DNA of 64,000 bases from contig NC_058133.1 of NCBI RefSeq assembly GCF_016433145.1, positions 476,977,330 through 477,041,329 of the forward strand. The letters are read 5' to 3'. The notes under the pieces are model-generated. The model ran no database searches. It worked only from the letters and a program-made list of their open reading frames with translations, and was not told the DNA's origin. Positions 1-12,000 of the stretch are shown here, piece by piece; position 1 is the first letter of the stretch; every line of letters starts with the position of its first letter. A program made the position numbers and the translations under genes. This DNA comes from Gracilinanus agilis. Its lineage: Eukaryota.

Positions 1-216
1 TTAACAGGAGATAATCCCTAGACTGATCTCTCACCTCCATATTTTCATATGGGCCATTCATTTATCATACAAAGAAAGCAAAACAAAGTACTATGAGAAA
101 TTTGAGGAAGGAAAGGTAACTTTCAATAGGGGATGGAGTTGCTGGGACTGGTGTGGTTAGGAAATCAGAGAAGGCTTCATATTAGAGATATCTGGCATAT
201 GTACTAGACCTTGGAG

Positions 217-386
217 CAGTGGTTCCCAAACTTTTTTGGCCTACCATACCCTTTCCAGAAAAAATATTACTTAGTGCCCTCATCACATACTATCACCGCC
301 CCCAAATACACCTGTGGCCATCACCGTACCCCTGGATCGCTGCAGCACCCACCAGGGGGCGGTGGTGCCCACTTTGGGACTCACTG
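217..386. mobile_element. hAT-superfamily MITE, family A copy 1
   Basis: Terminal inverted repeats CAGTGGTTCCCAAA...TTTGGGACTCACTG. 8-bp target site duplication (TSD) ccttggag/ctttggag. Confidence 0.85.
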
Positions 387-679
387 CTTTGGAGGGAGGG
401 ATTTTAACTGGAGTTATTGCCTAGAACTGGAATTCTTAGTCTTTTTTTGTTTGTTTGTTTGATGGCTCTCTTTAGCAGTCTGGCGGAACCTTTGGAGACC
501 TCTGAAATTTTTTTTTCAATTAATAACTGAAGGAAATGCTAAATTTCAGCTGTAGAAGTTAGGAAATATAAAGATGTAAGCTTTCCCATTCAAGTTCATG
601 GACCCAGTGATATCTGTCCACAGACCCCAAGTTAAGGAGTCTTTCCTCTAAGAAACCTAAAGGGTTGTTAGCAGAGAAT

Positions 680-1480
680 CACAGAATGACCACATTTTGG
701 AATTGGAAGAGATTTCAGAGGCCTAACAACCCATTCCACACCTTCAAAGAAATTCCCAGTCTAATATGCCCAACAAGTGTCATTTAGCCTCCGCTGGGAG
801 AGTTCTGAGGGGGAACACACTGAGGGAGTCCAGTCAACTTTTGTACAGCTTTGATTGTTAGGAAGTTTTTTCTGCCACCAAGTCTAAAATTCTATTTTCT
901 CCCCTTAACTTCTATTCTTCCTAGCCCTGCCCTCTGGGGCCCAACAGAACAAATCTGATACTTCTTCCATATGGTAACTGTTCACATCCAGATATCATAT
1001 TCCCCTGTAGTCTTCTCTTCTCCAGGATAAACCTCCCCAGTTCTTTTAAATGATTTTCACACAAGGAGTACTCAAAGACCTTCACCATCCTGGTTGCCCT
1101 CCTCTGGACAGCTTTTCAATGCTCTTCCATGGCTCCCAGAATGGAATACAATTGTCTAAATATGGTTTGCCAAAGGTAGAGTACAGCAGAACTGTCATCT
1201 CCGTCTTCCTGGAAGCTATGCCTCTCTTAATGGAACCTCAAATCACATTAGTCTTTTTGGTGGCCACCATATACTATGTTAAGCTTGCAGTACATTAAAA
1301 AACCTCTGTATTTTTTAAAGCAAATTGCTAACCATGCCTTCTTCAACTTAGACTTACGAAGCTGATTTCTTTGAACTGCAAAGATTTTACATTTATCCCC
1401 TTGTTGAATTTCATCTTGTTAAACTCATCCCAGTGCTTATCAGTGAAAATCTTTATGGATCCTGCGTCTGTCATTTACTA
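680..1480 (-). mobile_element. L3/CR1 LINE remnant
   Basis: ccatcctggttgccctcctctggac, gttaggaagttttt and other antisense L3 motifs. Confidence 0.65.
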
Positions 1481-1559
1481 TGTTAGCTATCCCATCCAGC
1501 TTTGTGTTAGATCCTAGTGTTAACTGTCTACCAGCCTCCAGGTCATTACTCTTTTCTCA

Positions 1560-3330
1560 ATGAGTTCAGACTCTTCCTCTCCATAACAACTTTTGCTCCT
1601 ATAGTAGGAGTCTTAAGCATTCTGATGTGTCCTCTTAAATATCCTAACCTCCAAATTCCCCAATTTCTTTAACATTCATAATCTATTCCTCCATAAGACC
1701 TCAGTTACGGATTGTTATGTCTTTGATCTATTATCAACCATAAGTGTTCTACTTCCATGACCAAAACTCTATTATTTCTTTATCAGATCATAACTTCATA
1801 TAATTCCATCCCTTAAAATTTCCAGCTGGATCTCCAATCTCTTCATTCCTTATGACTCTTCCATACCACCACTCATGCTTTAATTTCACTTTCTTTTTTT
1901 ACTAACTTCTATCCTACAATTAATGAGTTCAACTCTTTTATAACTATTCTCTTGGGTTTTGTCAAACCCCAACCCTGGGATACAACACCCATGCCTCCTC
2001 TGCTCCTACTCACATGCTACTGAACAGAACATGCAACCGCATTGACTAGGTTATCCATTACAAATTTATGTTGGCTAATCTTATCCTTGACCTCACTATA
2101 TGCAAAGCAATCCTTTTATTCTTCGCTAAATGATTCTCTATTCCATTCCCTTTAGAGGCTGTTCCAAATCTTTTCTTTGCTCTTCAAATCTCCCATTCAA
2201 GCCTCCCCCACTCTCTAAGCTGAAGAAGACTTTAGCTCATATTTTGTTGAGAAAATAGAAACAATGTGCTGTGAGCTGCTTCTTTCTATATCTCAAATCC
2301 CTCTGACATCATCTTCCATTTTCTTCTTTACCTCAAATTCTGAAGAAAAGGTGACCCTTCTCATACCCTCTCTATATATCCTTGATTCCATCTCATCCTC
2401 TTTTCAAGCAGACTATCCCTACAATTATCTTTCTTTTCTCTCTAATCTTCAATTTCTCCCTGTCTCATGGTTCCTTCACTGATGCCCAAGACCCTTAAAA
2501 AACATTCATTAGACCCTGCTATACCCTCAGACTGTCTTCTGATATTAACTCCCAGAAGAAGCTCTCTATGCTTGTTGCTTCAACTTCCTCAGACACTGCT
2601 TTCAGCAGGTTTTTCAACTATCAGTCTGGTCTTCTTAACTGGTTCATCATTCATCTCATTTCCCCTAACCCATGGGTACCCCCCAAGGCTGTTCCTAGGT
2701 CACTTTCTTCTCTGTCTACACTCTCTCACTTGATGACTATATAAACTCCCATGGGCTCAATTATAACAAATATGAGTTCTAGATCTAGAAATCCATTCCT
2801 AGACTCTTGTTTTACTCTAATTATGCATTTCCAACTGCCTAATGGACTTTTTGAGCAGTATGTGCCACTGACATTTCAAAGTCAACATGTTTAAAACAGA
2901 ACATATTATCTTTCCACCCCCATCTCCATGAAACTTTTTCATATCTTCCTATTATGGGTAACACCATCTTTCCAGTCAGCCATGTTCACACCCTTGGTAT
3001 TATCCTCAGATCTTCACTCTCCCTTATCCCACATATTCACTTAGTTGCCAAACCTCAATATTTCTGCCTCCACAACATCAAGTCTTACAATCTTTTCTCA
3101 ACCAGCATAGTTACCAACTTAGCTTAGGTCTTTACGACCTCTTTCCTGGATTATTACCATAGCTTCTTTCTTGTTCTCCTTGCCCCTTCTCACTCCAGGC
3201 CAATTCATTCTCCATAAACTGACAAAGTGTTTCTTGAAGCACAGGTCTGATTATGTCACTCCCCTACACAATAACCTGCAGTGCTGCCTTTAGGACAAAT
3301 ATATGCTCCCTAGTTCATCCAAGGGCCTTT
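1560..3330 (+). mobile_element. L2 LINE remnant
   Basis: C/T-rich degenerate L2 ORF2-like sequence. Confidence 0.6.
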
Positions 3331-3959
3331 AAGGACTTCTAAGTTAAGAATTTTTTGACACTTTTTAATGCCTATGATTTTTTATTTAATAGGTAAGTGA
3401 TCACATAACAGGGCATAGAACTGTGATACCTTCAGTGAAGTAGGGGTAGTTTGATTGATTCAATTTACTCACTTCCCTTATTAAAAAAAAACGAAACAGC
3501 TCCTTTACTCAGGGGGCTTATATTCTATCAGAGTAGAACTGTATAGAAGGACATACAGAGTAGACACAAAAAAATATACAAGCTAGTTTTGGACAAAAGG
3601 TGAGTTCTAACAGCTGGAGGAATCAAGAAAGATATAAGCCATGTTAGGGAGGTAGAAACAATAAGATTTGGTATCTGATTAGATGTGAAGTCAGCAAGAG
3701 AGCTGAGGAAAATGCCAAGTTTGTATACCCGAGTTATTAGAAGTTATTAGAAAACCCCAAATGGGGTCACAGAGTTGGACATGACTGAAACAACTAAACA
3801 ACAACCACTACCACCTCGTATTCTTAATAAAACTGTCCAAAAAACACAGAGAGACAGACAGAGAGAGACAAAGAAAGAGACAGAGAAAGTGTTGAAACTT
3901 CATGCCAGTAGGGGCATGGAAGGATTACTGATGGAAATGGAAATTAAATTTGTATAATC

Positions 3960-4370
3960 TTTTTGAAGAATAATCTAGCAATACAGAGAAAAAAATCACC
4001 CCCCCCATATTCTTTGACCCAATATTTCCTTGTTGATAATACTGTGAAAGTATTTTCAAAAACATATAAGAATTATATGTTCGAAGATTTTCATAGCATC
4101 ATTATATATAATTGCAAAAATGGGAAACAAACATCCAACAATAGGGGGGAATGGTTAAATAAGTTGCAGTCTATTTAAATAATGGAATACTACAACAAAA
4201 TTAGAAATGATAAGAAGTGGAATACAAATAAGTATAGAATGACCTTTATGAAATAATGCAAGATAAAAAAAAAAAAGAATGAGAATGATGGTACATACAC
4301 CATGACCTTGTTATGAAGAAAAATGAATGAGAAAAGAATCCCAATAAGGATTTTGAAACACTGAACATTT
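3960..4370 (+). mobile_element. L1 3' fragment
   Basis: Resembles the L1 ORF2 C-terminus (ggggaatggttaaataagttg...atggaatactac). Confidence 0.6.
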
Positions 4371-4904
4371 TATGAAGTTAATTTTATTCATAAAAAGGAA
4401 TGGGAGAAGTGGGAGAAGTCCTTAAAAGTCGAATTGATGATCTACAGGAGGTATTTTAGGATTGGCTGAAGAAATTAATTCATGCCCTGGGGGTTTTGTT
4501 TTCAGTAGTCAACCAGTGGATAGCAGGTCCAGCCAAGCCCCAGAGAGGAACTGAAGGAGACAAACCTTTCAAAACAGAACTCATTAACCATCTCCTTTCA
4601 AACTTATTTCTGTCAAAAAGCACCCACATTTTCCCAGTCTCTCTTCAAGGTTTATGACCATGGCATTAACCTTAACTCTTTATTCTTCCTCACTCCACCT
4701 CTTAGTCAGTTGAGAAATATTTATTAGGTGCCTACAGTTAGCTAGACACTATGCTAAGCACTGGATATACAAGCCCTCAAGGAGCTTACCATCTAATGGG
4801 GGAGGACAATACACCAATGAAGGAGAAGAATGCTCAAAAAGAGTACCAAAGAGGACCAGAAACAGGTGGGAATGGGGAGAAGGCTGGGTTAAGTCCTGTC
4901 TTTC

Positions 4905-5127
4905 TTTTTTCTTTCTTTCTTTTTTTTTTTTTTAAATCCCTTACCTTCCATCTTGGAGTCAATACTGAGTATTGGCTCCAAGGCAGAAGAGTGGCAAGGG
5001 TAGGCAATGGGGGTCAAGTGACTTGCCCAGGGTCACACAGCTGGGAAGTGTCTGAGGTCAAATTTGAACCTAAGACCTCCCATCTCTAGGCCTGGCTCTC
5101 AATTCACTGAGGTACCCAGCTGCCCCC
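4905..5127 (-). mobile_element. SINE1_Mdo-like SINE
   Basis: Full length. Degenerate TSD aagtcctgtctttc/aagtcccatctttc. Confidence 0.9.
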
Positions 5128-6680
5128 AAGTCCCATCTTTCAATATCGGTCCTGGAGTCCACAGCCTTGGCCTCTAGTCAGAGGGACTGATAAAACCCAG
5201 GGTGAGGCTCAGGCCAGTTCGATCTTGTAACATAATGAACATATTCAATCGATTACCACATTTTTGCCATTTTGATCTCCCTAGCATCTCTTGCTTCTGG
5301 CCCCCTTATCAGGTAGCTATCACCTCAGTTCAGACTCATCTCAACTCCAGGTTGCATTATTGATAACTATGGCCTTTTGATTGGTTTGCCCAATTTTGTT
5401 CTCTCACTACTCCATTCCATGTGACATGACTGCTAAAGTGATTTTCCTTAAAAACAAATTTGTCCCAAAGCATCACCCCTCCCTAAACAACAAAAACCTC
5501 TCTGTTGCCTCTAGATCTAATTTAAATGCCTTGCCTTAGCCTCTAAAGTTCATCACAGTCTAGCCATAGACCCATCTGTCCAACCTCTTGCCACTGTGGA
5601 CTTATCCTGCCCCTTACCATGGCATACCAACTGCAGGCCTTTGCAGTGGCCACATGCCATAACTGGAATGTTCTTGACCTCTGCCTGCCTCATAAAAGCC
5701 TTTTCTTTCTTCCTGACTTGGTTGGTGCAATACCTTCTACACAAAGACTTTCTCAAACCTCTTAACTGCCAAAGTCCAACCTCTCAGACTACTTTGTACG
5801 TATTTTATTTATATTTGTTCTGTGTATTCTTAAGCAATGAGGGATTGTCCAATCAGGTTGTTAGGCATGTGCACATTCTGCTCCGCCTGACACAGCCCTC
5901 TAAGGAGACTTGGTGATCAGTCCACTGCTGAGCCAGGTAGGACAAAAGGCACTGACTGGCCAGAGTAGTCTCCCTTTTCTGATGGTGAGCAAGGTGGCCT
6001 CTAGTTTGGGAGAGAGAGGTGGGACTAACAGCCTTCTTCCCCAACAAGTGGATGAGTGTTAGTTTATGTTTTATTTGCACTTGGTTGTTTTTATTCTAAT
6101 GTAAATGTAGGTGAAGAACTGCAGTTTTGGAGAGAGTCTCCAACCTTGAAAGGAATCACAAGAAGTCCAGGACCTGGAGTTCACACCAGACCAACTCAAT
6201 AGCCCAGATGTTGTGGCTGCAGCAAAGGGTGTGAACTTGGTGGGGTGAATGCTTCTGGCAACTACTTTAAGGATATATTCATTTGTAGATAGAGGTGATA
6301 TGGGGAGAGAATGCCCCATTTCAGAGGACTTTCTGAACTTTGGGGCTTGCTATCTCTTTTCAGCAAATACATTTTGTAAAAGCTAATTGATATTAATTGC
6401 CTAAATGGATATTAGGATGTTCTGGGTCAAATCATTGATATCTATGAGATAACTAACTGGTGATTGATATTGGGAGGGAAACCCTAGAACAGGGGCTCAA
6501 AGGCCACAGCATTAGAAAGATCTTCCAACCCCTTAAGTGCATCCCCAGAACCCTGAAGGAAGTTGTAGCTAACTGCCCTCTGCATACCTGGCTTGTGTAA
6601 GTTGGATAAGGATTGCCAGAATTCCTATTGCCATGCTTATATATGCTTTTTTGCCTCCCCTGAAATATATAGGCACTTTT

Positions 6681-6885
6681 TTTTATAAGATTTAAAAAAT
6701 TTTTTTTTTCAAACCCTTAACTTCTGTGTATTGACTTATAGGTGGAAGAGTGGTAAGGGTAGGCAATGGGGGTCAAGTGACTTGCCCAGGGTCACACAGC
6801 TGGGAAGTGTCTGAGGCCGGATTTGAACCTAGGACCTCCCGTCTCTAGGCCTGGCTCTCAATCCACTGAGCTACCCAGCTGCCCC
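6681..6885 (-). mobile_element. SINE1_Mdo-like SINE (short-tail variant)
   Basis: TSD tatataggcactttt/tatataagcactttt. Confidence 0.9.
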
Positions 6886-7489
6886 TATATAAGCACTTTT
6901 AAAGTAAGAATTGTTTCATTTAATATTTGTATTCCTAGTGCCTGGCACATAGCAGGCACCTAGTTCAGGATGGATTGAAAGGGCTGGGTACAGGGCTGTA
7001 AAGATATGCGGAATAGATGAATAAAAAAACAATTCTTAAGTTCTTTTGAGTGCTGGGCACCATGGGGAACACAGAATAAACATACCAAAAGGACAAAGTC
7101 GTCCCCCACCTCCCCAGGATCTTACATTTTAATAGGGGAAGACAGAAAGGGGGAATGGTGCCAATGGACAGGAATTTTTGTCTGGGAGCCACAGCAAAGG
7201 TGAACTGAGCCATCTGATTGATGTGACTCTTCCAAAGGGATGGTAGTCATGGTTCAATGACTGTGCCCAGGGCAGGGAGCTGATGTGCAGCCACAGGGCA
7301 CGTGGGAAGATGGCCCTGGGTGCATGGATGGGATGTAAAACATGATCTGGTTCGAAAAGTCCAGCTAGATACAACAGGTGAAGTGAGTCTGGGCTCAATT
7401 TACTGGTCAATGAAGGCAGCTTAATCCCAAGGCGGAGAGTTCTCAAAGGGGATGGCTGAAGTGCCCCAGGCAGGGCCTGGGACCTGGCA

Positions 7490-7950
7490 ATGGTGGGATC
7501 TCAGTCAATAAAATTCATGAAGAGCCTCCAATGTGCAAGCACTGGGGATACAAAAAGGCACAAATGACAGCTTCGGCCTCCAGGAGTTCACAATCTAATG
7601 GGGGAGACAAGTAAACAAATATGTACAAATCTATTCTCTAAGGGGTGGGTAGGAAATTTAAGAGGGAAGGCACTAGAATTCAGAGTAGAGATGCTACTTA
7701 AAGGTGTAGTCCTGGACACCTGGAGGCAGAGATGAGAAGGGGAACAGCCAGAGATTGGCCCAGGGATGGGGTGTCCAGTTCCTGGACCAGCCAGGATGCC
7801 AGTGTCACAGGATGGAAGAGTGCCTGTGGAGAGGCCAGGGTGTAAGAAGACAGGAAAGGTAAGAGGGGAATAGGTCATAAAGGGCCTTGAATGCCAAACA
7901 GAGCATTTTGTTTCTGGTCCTGGAGGCAATGGGGAGCCCTTGGAGTTGAA
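7490..7950 (-). mobile_element. L2 fragment
   Basis: L2 3'-end motifs in antisense (caagcactggggatacaaa...ggagttcacaatctaatggggg). Confidence 0.6.
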
Positions 7951-9070
7951 TGGTGGCAGGCAGCACCCCCAGCTGCCTTGACGTTGAGGACCTGCACCGG
8001 GGGAGAAGGGAGACTGCCGAGGTGTGAGGCCTAGGGAGCTGTGCATATAGGGCCAGTCAACAGAGTCAGAACCCATGTTTGGTGCAGGCACACAAAGGCA
8101 TAGAAAGGTTTAGAGGAGGCTGTAACAAGGCCAGGTGCACTGAAAACACCTGCAGGAAGGTACTGCCTCCCTCGGAAGGAGCCCCTCAGCCTAGGGTCTC
8201 AAAGCACCAGGGGAGGGATGGACTTTCCTCCTAATTAGAGGCCCAGAAGAATTTGCCCCCTCTCTGCCCCACCACCAGAAATTCCGGGCCAGGGCGGTGG
8301 TTTTGGTGGGGTGTTGAGGGGCAGCACGGGGCCCCATGAGGTCCAAGAGAGGAGAAAGGGGGATCCTGTTAAAGTCACACAAAATTCGTGGGTTCGAATC
8401 CTGCCTCCGACTGCTGGGGAGGTGGGGTGGGTTAGGAAGAGTCTCTCGGTTTCCTCAAACATAAAAGGAGGGCGGTTGTTCTAGAACAACTTTACTATGG
8501 CCTCTCGCAGCCCTGGGCTCCAGGCACATACTCGGCCTCGCCTGGGTCGGGGGTCGCCGTGGACTTAGGAGTCCATCTAGCTCAGCACCCTCGCTTGGGA
8601 GACGAGGCCACTTGAGGTTTTCAGGACCGCAAATGGTGGGGGTCAGCGGCTGAATTCGAACGCAGGTCCTCTGCTTCCAGAGTCAGAGCTCTCCTCCCAG
8701 TACAGCATCTCCTCCAGCTCGGTAGGGGTAACGGGCCCAGAGGCCCCTAAAAGCGGTGCCACGGGTTGGCGGGGAGGAGTTGGGAGGACGCTGGGTCTGG
8801 AGTCAGAGGTCTTACATTCGAATCCTACCGGCCACCAGTGGGGAGCTCTCGCTTAACACTCGGAGCCGCCACTTACCTCTCGGGGCCTCCGCGCCCTCAT
8901 CTGTCACGTGACGATGTCGGACCCGGCGGCCTCCGAGCACCCGCCCTTCTCCACACCCGCGAGCCCGGGGACCAGCCACGAGCTTCCCCGCCTCAAGGTA
9001 CTCCCCTCCGCCTCCGCCCCTCGGAGCCCCGCCCCCGGAGAGCTCCAGGAGGGGGCGGGGCCTCACGGGC

Positions 9071-9084
9071 GTCGTCATGGCAAC
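9071..9084 (+). promoter_or_regulatory. RFX X-box GTCGTC-AT-GGCAAC
   Basis: Fits RYYNYY-WW-RRNRAC and ends 10 nt before the RIIAD1 ATG. RFX factors regulate ciliary and flagellar genes. Confidence 0.7.
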
Positions 9085-9093
9085 CGCGACAAG

Positions 9094-12000
9094 ATGGCTT
9101 CCCTGTACTCCGGGCTAGAGGGTCCCGACCCAGGAGCGCTGAGCCAAGAACAGCTCACGAAGCTGAGGGATTTCAAGGTGGGCGCAGTCCCAGCGTAGAG
9201 AGGGGGGTAAGGGAAGTAACGCGGACACTGTGTCTGTGGGGTTCAGAGGAGGGTGGGAGGCGGGGCCACGGCTCCTCTCCTAGCCCCTCTCCGTTGGAAG
9301 AGCAGCATTTGGTCGAGGGTGGAGACAGAGCCAGAGCCAGAGCTCCTCTCCCTTCCCCTCCCCCCCCCGCGCAGGTGGCCTGGAGTCGGTCAAGGGGCGG
9401 GGGCAGGACCAGAGTTCCTCCCTCCCCTCCATCCCCAAGCGTGTCGGGTGCCCAGGTTTGGTCCGGGGTCGGGGTCAGAGCTCCTCCTTTCTCCCTCCGC
9501 CACGCGCGTCAGGTGCCCGGGTTCGGTCCGGGGGGCGGGGCCAGAGCTCCTCCCTTGCCCCACCCCCCCCCGCAAGGTGCCCGATCTTAGTCGAGGGGCG
9601 GGGCCGGCCCTCCTCTCTCCCTCTTCCCCCCAACCCCTCAGCCGGGGCTCCCAGCAGGGGGGGTCCCCAAGTGTCCCATCGATCTCCTTTCCTGACCAGA
9701 TCAACACGCGCATCGCTGACGAGAAGTACCTGCGCTCGCACAAGGAGGTGGGGCTGCTCCTGAGCGGCTTCTTCAGGTAGGTGACCCGGCCTCAAGACCC
9801 CGCGAGGCCCACGATGGCTGGGCTTCAGGCGCTCCGGTGCTCGGGAAGGGGGAGGGGGGCGGACGGGCATGGGCGGTCCCGGGAGCTCCTTCTCTCCCCC
9901 TCGCTCCCCCACGGTCCGCCCCTGGCTCTGCAGCCGCGGGAGCCAAGTTAATTTCTTCAGACAATTAGAGACAACTTTCCTACGATTCTGGTGATGTCCG
10001 GAGCCAGCATGGCTACATCGCTGACTGTGGGACCAGGCCTCACACTGCTTCGAGATGGATCGATCACCCATTCCCGACTCCCATTAGACCTTTCCACCTG
10101 GCGTTTGCCTGTTAGGGCCCGAACTGCCACAGAGAAGGAGCGGGATAGCAAACCCTCCTGGTGGTGAAGAGCAAAATGAAGACACTGAATGTGGCCACTT
10201 GGGTCTGATGCACAAGATGATGGATGGGAATGAGTGAATGAGGAGGGAGGGGGCAAGGGCTTTTTTCCATTTTTGCCTGAAAACTGAAATCGGGTTCTCT
10301 TCCCTAAGCCCCTTCGCCTCCCTTTCTTTACATTGATTCCTTCCTTTCAACCATTTTCTTAATTATTTGGGGCCCTGAAGGGGTAAAGAGAAACATTCAA
10401 ATCTAACGATGTTACTCTGTAAATCGTATTCTTTTTTTTTAATCCAAGAAAAGGTCGCAGTTGTAGGCCAGAGGGGTTTGTGGAGTCACTGTCTATATTA
10501 TCTGTTCACTGCTCCCACCACCACCAACCACCATTATCAGTTATGAGTAAAAAAAGGTTGGCTTTGTAATAATGCAATTAAAGTCAACCGTGATCCCCAA
10601 AGAGAGTGGAGACCTCTATTAAATACCTGAATTAAATCAACATTGATAATCCAGATCTTCAACAGTTAGACTATGTGGGGGGAATGGGAAAGGTGATGTA
10701 ATAGTAATTGCATGTCAACTGAGGTTCTACTTGGCTTGAAGAATTTCCAGGAGGAGCTTGGATCATTGAGAATTGGCTGTATCTATAATTACATTAAAGA
10801 TAACAGGATTCATACATGTCTGCCCAGTTGGCCCTGAGAAGTAGTGATGGTAGTTGCCATGGAGCAAAATTTTTGTCACTAGATGATTCCAATTTGCTCC
10901 CTCAAAGTTCTCCCAACTACATTCTTTTTGACCCATTCCATTCCCAATCTGCTTTCCTCTGTGGTTTTTACTATTTTACTAGGCAGTAAGAGAAGAAGGA
11001 AAGGGCATATTTAGGGTTTATTTGTTTTGTCTTTATGGCTGGGTGGCAACAGACTGAAACATTCAGCTTTTCATTTTTTTGGATGCTTCAGATAGCCCTG
11101 CTGAGAGAGAGCACACACTTTGCAGGGTTTGATTTTGTAGTATTTAGCTCCAGGATTGACCCAAGTCATGAAGTCACCGTGGTCTATGCTGGGGAAATGT
11201 CTTCCTACTTGGATCTTTCAAATCCTGCTGTTTTACTTACTATTTTATTCAGTCAGCCCTCTAGTATGTATTGGCATATATGTAAAACATATGCATATGC
11301 ATATAAATACAGTAGACAGAATTTCAAACTTAGAGATAAAAGGAGGGAATTAACTTATTTTATGGAACTTAAAACTTCTGGTTTAATATGAGGTACACAA
11401 TGTGTCAGATGGTAGTGTTCTGTCTCTTATTAGCCAAAAGGAAAGAGGAAGCAGAATTCATAGGGCTATGGAGTTAGGGAGTCCCCAGACATAAAAGTGC
11501 ATTACTGGGCAGCTGGGTAGCTCAGTGGATTGAGAGCTGGGCCTAGAGACAGGAGGTCCTAGGTTCAAATCCAGCCTCGGACACTTCCCAGCTGTGTGAC
11601 CCTGGGCAAGTCACTTGACCCCCGTTGCCTACCCTTACCAGTCTTTCACCTATAAGTCAATACACAGAAGTTAAGGGTTTAAAATTTAAAAAAAAAAGTG
11701 CATTACTGTAGTGTTGATTAAAATTAATATACAATAACTAAGTATTATATTTTATAAATTTTATTAATAATGACTAAAGTAAAAAAGCTAGAGTAGATAA
11801 GGTGCTAACCTGGCCTCGGTGGGGAGGAAGAGAGAGAAATGTGATTACACAAAATGGTGGAGCAATTAAAAGGAGTTCTGGGGAATGTAGTTCATTCCCA
11901 CTTATACAGTAGTCAAGGTCTGAGAACAGGTGTGTGGTTCATGATTGAGGGTAAGTCTAACAACTGGGAAAATAATACAAAAGAAAAATGAACTGTTGGA

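Larger units (their letters stand above)
8380..10150. promoter_or_regulatory. CpG island / RIIAD1 promoter
   Basis: CpG-dense and GC-rich, spanning exons 1-2. Contains palindromic E-box GTCACGTGAC (8903-8912), GC boxes and an X-box at 9071-9084. Confidence 0.8.

Noticed and set aside
6085-6250. Exon-like segment (acceptor at 6110, donor-like sites near 6240) upstream of RIIAD1
   Set aside because: All three frames contain stops and there is no transcript evidence. It could be a non-coding exon but is unsupported.
7588-8091. 167-aa minus-strand ORF
   Set aside because: It overlaps a degenerate L2 fragment and resembles no known protein.
8766-10071. Long overlapping ORFs (274, 175, 198 and 117 aa) at the RIIAD1 island
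   Set aside because: They are Pro/Gly/Arg-rich products of stop-poor GC-rich and minisatellite sequence. Only the parts matching RIIAD1 exons 1-2 are credible.
11507-11580. tRNA-like A/B boxes as tRNA genes
   Set aside because: They are the Pol III heads of SINEs and do not form complete cloverleafs.
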